Shown: positions 1 to 5,864 of the stretch, piece after piece
How positions within the stretch are numbered: position 1 is the first letter of the stretch
Layout: each line of letters opens with the position of its first letter
NCBI GenBank assembly: GCA_036351155.1
Contig: JAZBOO010000203.1
Location: forward strand, 1 to 18,061
Source: Candidatus Krumholzibacteriia bacterium
Lineage (GTDB): Bacteria; Krumholzibacteriota; Krumholzibacteriia; LZORAL124-64-63
Length of the DNA: 18,061 nucleotides
Direction of reading: 5' to 3'
Made by a program: the position numbers and the translations under genes
Notes under the pieces: generated by a model
What the model saw: only the letters and a program-made list of their open reading frames with translations
Databases searched by the model: none
What the model was told of the DNA's origin: nothing

Positions 1-74
1 AGGCCTTGCGTCGCGCCCAGGAACTGGATCCGGGCAACCCGCGGGTCAGGGCGCTTTGGCAGCAGGTCAGGTGA
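1..74 (+). CDS. 3' end of a gene, probably TPR-containing (partial)
   Basis: The frame from position 3 reads ALRRAQELDPGNPRVRALWQQVR* with TGA at 72-74. 'A.ELDP.N' is a typical end of a TPR helix. Confidence 0.55.
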   Translation, partial: ALRRAQELDPGNPRVRALWQQVR

Positions 75-107
75 GCCACTTTTTCCGGTGAGATCAACCT
101 TCGGGGG

Positions 108-134
108 TAAAGTCTCCCCCGACCGGGTCGATGA
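108..134 (+). promoter_or_regulatory. sigma28 (FliA/SigD)-like promoter upstream of cheY
   Basis: TAAA(108-111)-N15-GTCGATGA(127-134) versus consensus TAAA-N15-GCCGATAA. Spacing is exact and the -10 matches 6/8. Confidence 0.55.
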
Positions 135-229
135 TGGAGAGGTCACGCAAGCCGGCAGGTATGCCGAGATTTGCCGGGGCCTGGAAATCCCCTAGCCCCA
201 CCCGCCTGTTTCCCACCCGGAGGTGTACC

Positions 230-607
230 TTGGGCCCCACCGTCCTCATCGTTGATGACGCAGAATTCATGCGTGTGATGCTCAGGGATATCGTGGAGGA
301 TCTGGGTTGGACCGTGGCCGGCGAAGCCGGAGACGGCCAGGAGGCCATCAGCCGCTATCGAGAGCTGCTTCCGGACATCACCCTGCTGGACATCACGATG
401 CCCGTGATGGACGGCAACGAGGCCCTCCAGACCATCCTGGAAAGCCATCCGGACGCCGCGGTGGTCATGATCACGGCCCTCGGACAGAAGGACCAGGTAC
501 TGGCGGCCATCAAGGCCGGGGCCCGGGACTTCGTGATCAAGCCCTTCGATCAGGAACGAGTCCAGGAGACCTTGAGTCGCATCGTGCCCTCGCCGGCCTC
601 CCACTGA
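230..607 (+). CDS. cheY: Single-domain response regulator, CheY (Bacillus/Thermotoga-like)
   Basis: VLIVDDAEFMR, phospho-acceptor DITMP, ITALGQ and FVIKPF motifs. Likely TTG start at 230 after GGAGG (219-223), rather than the ORF-track start at 131. Confidence 0.88.
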   Translation: MGPTVLIVDDAEFMRVMLRDIVEDLGWTVAGEAGDGQEAISRYRELLPDITLLDITMPVMDGNEALQTILESHPDAAVVMITALGQKDQVLAAIKAGARDFVIKPFDQERVQETLSRIVPSPASH

Positions 608-610
608 CCC

Positions 611-1399
611 TCAGGTGAGGATCCACAGGGCCACCAGACCCGCCGCCACACAGTAGAACCCGAACTTCCAGAAATGGGCCTGAACCACCGCCAGAGCCGT
701 CCAGCGGATGGCCAGCAGGCCCACGGCAAAAGCCACCAGGGCAGCCAGAACCAGCCCCACGAGACCACTGCCCGTTTCGCCCCCCCCGGAGACCACCTGC
801 AGAACCAGCGCACCGCCGATGGCGGGGATGGACAGCAGAAAGCTGAAACGGGCGGCTTCGGCCCGGGGAAGTCCCAGCCACAACGAGGCGGCGATGGTGG
901 AGCCGGAGCGGCTGACCCCCGGCATGATGGCAATGGCCTGGGCCACACCCACGGCCAGGGCCTTCCAGAGCACCAGAGGTCGGGGTTCCCAGGGTACGGC
1001 TGCGGCTGATCCCGGATCTCGCGAAAGGCGAGTGGAGAACAGCAGGGCCGCCGTGTAGAGCAACCCCGAGGCAGCAAAAACCGGACTGTGGAACAGGCTC
1101 TCCACCAGATCCTTGGCCAGCAAGCCCACGGCGACCGCGGGCAAGGTCCCCACGAGCAGGCTCACCAGATACATCAAGGCAGCGCGGTCAAACCTCAGCA
1201 AGCGCAACACTTCGCGCCGATACACCACCAGAACGGAGCCCAGGGTTCCGATGTGGAGAACGATGTCGAAAAAGACATCGCCTTCGCGGGTGGCCATGAA
1301 ATGCTGGAACAGGACCAGGTGGCCACTGCTGCTGACGGGCAAGAACTCGGTCAGACCCTGGACCACGGCCAGGACAATCATCTGGACAAAATCGACCAC
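611..1399 (-). CDS. uppP: Undecaprenyl-diphosphate phosphatase (BacA/UppP)
   Basis: VQGLTEFLPVSSSGHL, PGVSRSGSTI and AARFSFLLSIP signature motifs, with multiple hydrophobic helices. Likely GTG start at 1399 preceded by GAGGTG. Confidence 0.95.
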   Translation of the reverse strand: MVDFVQMIVLAVVQGLTEFLPVSSSGHLVLFQHFMATREGDVFFDIVLHIGTLGSVLVVYRREVLRLLRFDRAALMYLVSLLVGTLPAVAVGLLAKDLVESLFHSPVFAASGLLYTAALLFSTRLSRDPGSAAAVPWEPRPLVLWKALAVGVAQAIAIMPGVSRSGSTIAASLWLGLPRAEAARFSFLLSIPAIGGALVLQVVSGGGETGSGLVGLVLAALVAFAVGLLAIRWTALAVVQAHFWKFGFYCVAAGLVALWILT

Positions 1400-1436
1400 G
1401 AAAAACACCTCAAGGGTAACAAGGCCACCGGAGTGA

Positions 1437-2312
1437 TCAGCGGGAGAACCCACCGTCCCGGGCAGCCCGGGCTTGACTGTAATGGAGACGGGCTTCCTGA
1501 GGACGGCCCAGAGCGTCACAGGTCAGGGCCAGCTGGTAGTGAAGCCGACCATCTTCGGGAAAAATTTCCAGCGCACGGTCCAGGCTGGCTCTGGCCGCTT
1601 CATAGCGCTCCAGCTTGTGCAGGCACACGCCGACGTGATAGGAAACCCGGGCCAGGCGCGGATTCAAGGACTGGGCCTGTTCGAATCGATGGACGGCATC
1701 CTGGTAGTTGCCCGTTTTCATCAGGCAAAGGGCCGCAAAGTAATGGCCAATGGCAAAGCTGCTGTCACAGCCGGTGCCTTTCTCGAAGTACACCAGAGCC
1801 CGCGTGAAATCACCCGCCGTGTAGTGCGCCAGCCCAAGATTGTGGAAGCCTTCGGCGTCAGGGTCCCGGGCGATGGCCTGCTCGAAGGCCCTGATGGCCT
1901 CCTCGGTGCGTCCCTCTTCGGCATAGATGGCGCCCAGGTTATGGTAGGCCACCGCACTTTCCGCACCCAGGTTGATGGCCTTGCGATAGGCGCGCACCGC
2001 CTCTTCCCGTCTCCCCTGACGGTCCAGGGCCACCCCCAGGTTGGTCAGGTAGCGCTCACTGGTGGGATCCAGTTCCAGGGCCCGCAAAAAGCTCTTCTCC
2101 GCGGCCTCGGCCTGTCCGTCCTTCAGCTGGGCACACCCGTGACGGTAATGCCAGGGGTGCTGATCCGGGCTGCCCTTGAGGGCCAGTTCATACAGGCACA
2201 CCGCCTCCTCAAGCCGTCCGGAGAGTTCGGCTTCATGGCCCTGTCGGAATAGTTCCGCAGGGGTTCCCGGTCGGTCAGGCGGGGAAGGCAGGTGTGGTGC
2301 TGGCCGTGTCAT
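1437..2312 (-). CDS. Tetratricopeptide repeat protein (about 8 TPRs)
   Basis: Repeated units of about 34 aa (YLTNLGVAL..GR.EEAVRAYRKAI; AYHNLGAIY..GRTEEAIRAFEQAI; YHVGVCL..L.RYEAA) over the whole length. No signal peptide. Confidence 0.9.
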   Translation of the reverse strand: MTRPAPHLPSPPDRPGTPAELFRQGHEAELSGRLEEAVCLYELALKGSPDQHPWHYRHGCAQLKDGQAEAAEKSFLRALELDPTSERYLTNLGVALDRQGRREEAVRAYRKAINLGAESAVAYHNLGAIYAEEGRTEEAIRAFEQAIARDPDAEGFHNLGLAHYTAGDFTRALVYFEKGTGCDSSFAIGHYFAALCLMKTGNYQDAVHRFEQAQSLNPRLARVSYHVGVCLHKLERYEAARASLDRALEIFPEDGRLHYQLALTCDALGRPQEARLHYSQARAARDGGFSR

Positions 2313-2367
2313 GCGGGGAATCTACTGCAGAAGAGGCTGATGGTCAACGGGCAGGGGAAGTCCGTCC

Positions 2368-3210
2368 TCAAAAATCGCTCTCATCGGTGACCACGACCTC
2401 CAGCAGCAGGCGCAACGGACCATCGCCGGTCAGCAATCGCCGGGGAATCTTGACGGGGATCACGATGGGTGGTCGCAGTTCGTCAAAAATGGCATCGCCC
2501 CGCTGAGCGGTTTCCAGGGTGACCTCGGATCCAGGCACCGGTGGACCGTACTGCAGCCCCAGGGCGGACGTTTCGCGTTCGCTGGCGGGTGGAGACGGGA
2601 ATCCGGCCTGGACAGTCATGCGAGGCAGCTCCTCTTCATTTCGCTTCGGCTGGGTTTGCAGGTGGTTGATGGTCAGGCCCAGAATGGCCTTCAGGGTTTC
2701 ACGGACCCCTTCCCGACGGGCAGTACTGCCGGGAAAGGACAGCAAGCCCCAGGGATTGAGCAGGCCTTCGAGCCGGTCAACGGGCAAGGTGTCCTGCTGT
2801 TCGCGCTCGTTGTACTGGATGACCAGGGGCACACCCATGAGGTCAAGCCCCCAGGTGTCCAGATAGGTTTTCAGGCTTTCCATGGCGGCCATGCCCTGAT
2901 CGAGCAACCCGGCCCGGGAAGACACCACGAAAACTATGCCGTCAAAAGGCGGCTGCGTGCCCATGCCGGCGGAACGGTAGCGTTCACGCCCCGCATCGAC
3001 GCACTGGACAAGCACTTGCCAGTCGCCCTGAGTGGCATTGGAAAACTGGAAGGCAATTTGCCGCTCCGGATCACCTGAAGCCAGGGACATGCGGTTCTCG
3101 GGAGGCACAGAAGAGTGGACCAGACGCAGATTTTCCCGCTTACCCACGTCACGTGGGCCGTAATACAGGATCCGGCAAGTCTTTACAGCTGTGGCAGATG
3201 AATTGCCCAA
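2368..3210 (-). CDS. MglA-family small GTPase-like protein with degenerate G-motifs and a C-terminal extension
   Basis: CRILYYGPRDVGKRENL, FDGIVFVVSS, VPLVIQYNERE and EGVRETLKAI resemble MglA (KIVYYGP..GKTTNL, DGVVFVADS, PYVIQYNKRD, GVFDTLKAV). Likely TTG start at 3210 after GGAGG. Confidence 0.8.
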   Translation of the reverse strand: MGNSSATAVKTCRILYYGPRDVGKRENLRLVHSSVPPENRMSLASGDPERQIAFQFSNATQGDWQVLVQCVDAGRERYRSAGMGTQPPFDGIVFVVSSRAGLLDQGMAAMESLKTYLDTWGLDLMGVPLVIQYNEREQQDTLPVDRLEGLLNPWGLLSFPGSTARREGVRETLKAILGLTINHLQTQPKRNEEELPRMTVQAGFPSPPASERETSALGLQYGPPVPGSEVTLETAQRGDAIFDELRPPIVIPVKIPRRLLTGDGPLRLLLEVVVTDESDF

Positions 3211-3273
3211 CGGGGCCCCTCCAGCGGTCAAATCGCCCTGAATGGTAGGACTCAGGTCTTGTCGGGTATCAAG

Positions 3274-3289
3274 AGCAAAGGACGTGCCA
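3274..3289 (-). promoter_or_regulatory. sigma54 (-24/-12) promoter for the mglA-like/TPR/uppP unit
   Basis: The minus strand reads TGGCACGTCCTTTGCT, a perfect match to TGGCACG-N4-TTGCW, about 64 bp upstream of the proposed start. Confidence 0.8.
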
Positions 3290-3357
3290 TGATTTTTTCA
3301 GGACTTTTTGCGAGGATTCTTTGATAAAAAGCCCTATCCTGTGGCCAGCCTTGGCTT

Positions 3358-3373
3358 GGGCAAGCTACTTGCT
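3358..3373 (+). promoter_or_regulatory. sigma54 (-24/-12)-like promoter for the divergent hypothetical gene
   Basis: GGGCAAGCTACTTGCT has GG(3359-60)-N10-GC(3371-72) with GGCA and TTGCT conserved. Confidence 0.55.
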
Positions 3374-3470
3374 TGAAGAAGACAGGGATGTGAGGGAAAA
3401 GAAGGCGCTCGGGGTTCCTGAACCGGAACGGCCGGGCATTTTGCGGGAACCGACCAACAGGAGTGGCTTG

Positions 3471-3911
3471 ATGTCCACCAATACCGACAAGATCCTCAGA
3501 ACCATGTTTTCCCGCCTCTTGCAGCTGGAAATCGAAGATGATCTGGCCAGCAAGCTGTGCGCCGTCATTGACAGCGTGACCGACCGGGTCGGCGGCTCTT
3601 TTGACCTGGAAACGGTTCAGGGGCAGAACACCTTTGCCGCCTTGCTGTGCTCGATGGTGGTCCATGGGTGGGGAAACGGCATGCACCCCTACCACAATCC
3701 CAGTGCCAACCAGGAAGGCACCCCCGTGGAAGTCCGGGTCAGCAAGGACATCCTCATGTCCATGGAAGACCTCCAGTCCCTGCGCTACGTCAAGAAGGAT
3801 GACCAGGGGCGGGTCAAGCAGGCCCTGTTCGAACCCGATCACAACGTGCGGGTGCGGCAGCAGATCGACGACATCCTGGGCGAGATCAGCCAGGAGAAGT
3901 GGGACAAATAG
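3471..3911 (+). CDS. Hypothetical protein (146 aa)
   Basis: ATG at 3471 after AGGAG, GC-ending codon bias, and a terminator hairpin downstream. No family recognised. Confidence 0.75.
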   Translation: MSTNTDKILRTMFSRLLQLEIEDDLASKLCAVIDSVTDRVGGSFDLETVQGQNTFAALLCSMVVHGWGNGMHPYHNPSANQEGTPVEVRVSKDILMSMEDLQSLRYVKKDDQGRVKQALFEPDHNVRVRQQIDDILGEISQEKWDK

Positions 3912-3953
3912 GAAGTGGGTTAAGTAGCCCTTCTTCCCCAATCCAGATGACAA

Positions 3954-3983
3954 GAAGGCCCCGGTTTTACCACCGGGGCCTTC
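3954..3983. terminator. Probable bidirectional intrinsic terminator
   Basis: Perfect 12-bp stem GAAGGCCCCGGT / ACCGGGGCCTTC with a 6-nt loop, between convergent genes. Confidence 0.75.
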
Positions 3984-4005
3984 AACATGTATTCAGACGG
4001 TGTCT

Positions 4006-4620
4006 TTAAAAGACCTTGTCGCCTTCGGCCAGGATCTCGTTCAAGGCATCCCGGAAATGGTTGGTGCTGTTGGCCACCTCGGGGGTCACCTTTTCCTTGT
4101 ACAGCTCCCAGGATTTCTTGATCTCGGCACCCAGAGCTTCCAGCAGGTTGCCCTCGGCCAGGGCGGTGTCCCGGAGTTCCCGGTTGTAGACCAGGATGTC
4201 CGACACCAGCGCCCGGGCCAGCATCTCTTCCTTGCTGCGGCGCCGGCGCGAGGTCGTGGGACTGGCCTCCGCCCGTTCCAGAACGGCCACCGGAGCCGAG
4301 AGGTCTTCCTTGGCCGCTGCCGAGGCCACCGTGGCAGCCGGAGCCGAGACGGCAGGCTTCGGGGGATCGGGGCGGGCCACGGGATCCTCGAAACCGTTGC
4401 TGACAATGAGGTCATCCTGGGCCGCCATTGGTTCCGAAATTGGTTCCGGGGTCGGTGGAGCGGCCGGGGCCATCGGCTCGACCACGGCGGTCTTGGCCAG
4501 GGTCCCGTCCAGAGCGAACACGCCACTGCAGGCGGGGCAACGCACGCGGATTTTCCGCCTGGGAATCTTCTCGTCGTCCAGCTGGTAACGCGCCTGGCAT
4601 TCGGTGCACGTCGTAATCAT
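4006..4620 (-). CDS. MJ0042-type zinc-ribbon protein with Pro/Ala linker and RomX-like C-terminal domain
   Basis: N-terminal CTEC...IRVRCPAC, a low-complexity linker, and C-terminal LARALVSDILVYN...NLLEAL..EI....ELYKEKV...N.F..ALNEIL. AAGGAG RBS upstream. Confidence 0.85.
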   Translation of the reverse strand: MITTCTECQARYQLDDEKIPRRKIRVRCPACSGVFALDGTLAKTAVVEPMAPAAPPTPEPISEPMAAQDDLIVSNGFEDPVARPDPPKPAVSAPAATVASAAAKEDLSAPVAVLERAEASPTTSRRRRSKEEMLARALVSDILVYNRELRDTALAEGNLLEALGAEIKKSWELYKEKVTPEVANSTNHFRDALNEILAEGDKVF

Positions 4621-4694
4621 TCCCCGCTCCTTTTTCGGTCAGTGTCCCGGTGGATCATTTTCCTGGGACCGGAAATATCTGGCTTACCCACGGG

Positions 4695-4721
4695 TTTTCG
4701 GCACCTGGGCGGCAGGGTTTA
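4695..4721 (-). promoter_or_regulatory. sigma28-like promoter upstream of the zinc-ribbon/RomX-like gene
   Basis: The minus strand reads TAAA-CCCTGCCGCCCAGGT(15 nt)-GCCGAAAA. Spacing is exact and the -10 matches 7/8. Confidence 0.65.
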
Positions 4722-4738
4722 GCACGGATTTCGAGGAA

Positions 4739-5713
4739 TCAGGGCTCCGAGCGATAAATGAGGTCCACCATGAGAATACCCACCTGCTCCAGGCTGGCCG
4801 GCGAACAGGCCGCCGGCACATCGCCGGTGGTGTGCCAGAGCGGATAGTCGAAATCGATCAGGTCGATGGCCGGAATCCCCGCCTGCAAAAACGGCACATG
4901 ATCATCATAAACGGCCGGGCCGGGTTCGGCCACGAAGGCGTCCAGGCCAAGAGCGGCAGCGCGGTCGAAAACCCGGGCCACGAGGTCCGGGCTGTAGCGC
5001 CGGCTGTATTCCTCCTGGGGAATCGCCAGGTTCTTGTCCCCCACCATGTCCAGGATGATGAGCCCTTCTGGTGTGCCGGTGCTGAGGGGATTGCCAAAGT
5101 CCTGCCAGGTGCGCGCCAGATGCTGGCTGCCCAGACAAAATTCCAGGGGCTTGCCCGCCGAGCCCGAGTCCTCCCCGTCGAAAAACAGCAAATCCACCCC
5201 ACGGGCGGGAGGCTGCGCTGAGAAGATTTCCATGAGATGCAGCAACACGGCCACCCCGCTGGCCCCGTCGTTGGCGCCGACCAGCGGTTCCCCGCGTTTA
5301 TCGGGGTCGGGATCCTTGTCGCTGAAAGGCCGGGTGTCGAAGTGGGCCCCCAGCCAGAGTCGGTCGCCTCCCTGCGGCCCGGCCGAGACCACCACGTTGC
5401 ACAGTTCCACTTCGCCCTCGGCGGCGGGATTCCCGGTGGAGAAGCACAGGGCCTGGCCACTCAGCCCCAGGCTGGCGGCCTGTTCCAGGATCAATTCACG
5501 GAGGGCCCGATTGCCCGGACTGCCGGGAATGCGCGGGCCCAGATCGCATTGCTGCACCAGCCAGGACATGGCCTGCTGGCCATCGAAATCGGGGACGGCA
5601 GACGACTGGGCCCGGCTGACCTGGGGAGCGCCCAGCAGAAAGCCCAGCATCAACCCCATCATTGCAAAAACCCGTTGGCCGAAACCACTGAAGTTGTTGC
5701 CATGGCACACCAT
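4739..5713 (-). CDS. M28-family metalloenzyme, glutaminyl-peptide cyclotransferase-like, exported
   Basis: AHFDTRP, GANDGASG, FFDGED, LDMVG, DDHVPF and WHTTGD motifs, plus a hydrophobic N-terminal segment ending VSRA-Q. Start is uncertain: in-frame ATGs at 5860, 5746, 5713, 5662, 5659 and 5650. Confidence 0.85.
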   Translation of the reverse strand: MVCHGNNFSGFGQRVFAMMGLMLGFLLGAPQVSRAQSSAVPDFDGQQAMSWLVQQCDLGPRIPGSPGNRALRELILEQAASLGLSGQALCFSTGNPAAEGEVELCNVVVSAGPQGGDRLWLGAHFDTRPFSDKDPDPDKRGEPLVGANDGASGVAVLLHLMEIFSAQPPARGVDLLFFDGEDSGSAGKPLEFCLGSQHLARTWQDFGNPLSTGTPEGLIILDMVGDKNLAIPQEEYSRRYSPDLVARVFDRAAALGLDAFVAEPGPAVYDDHVPFLQAGIPAIDLIDFDYPLWHTTGDVPAACSPASLEQVGILMVDLIYRSEP

Positions 5714-5845
5714 CAGCGGAAAAAGTTGGGATTTGCAGGACCTCATGTATCTACGGATACACTGCGGCCCTGCAAATCCCAACTTTTTCCACTGCTGGCG
5801 CACCCTGACAACTTTCGCCTCAACGGGTTTTTGCAAAGATGGGGT
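5653..5845. repeat. Long nested imperfect palindrome (MITE/REP-like element or structured RNA)
   Basis: 5653-5677 pairs with 5821-5845 (24/25). 5718-5739 pairs perfectly with 5769-5790 (22 bp). The apical hairpin is TGTATC-TACG-GATACA at 5746-5761. Confidence 0.85.
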
Positions 5846-5864
5846 CAGCCCTGCGCTCATGATC

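Noticed and set aside
135..229. Possible c-di-GMP riboswitch in the cheY leader (GGTCACGCA start, small hairpins)
   Set aside because: It lacks the GGCAAA / GAAA tetraloop / GACGCAAAG core of the class I aptamer, and the hairpins are short and expected at this GC content.
2368..3210. MglA-like gene as a pseudogene
   Set aside because: No frameshift or internal stop. RBS, promoter motif and hydrophobic core motifs are retained.
4645..4670. Small GTCCC/GGGAC hairpin in the leader of the zinc-ribbon gene
   Set aside because: Short and imperfect, with no U-tract. Not distinguishable from chance.
5653..5845. Palindrome as a CRISPR repeat, integron attC site, retron msr/msd or intact IS
   Set aside because: There are no direct repeat-spacer units, no evident RYYYAAC/GTTRRRY boxes at the ends, and no reverse transcriptase, integrase or transposase in the window.
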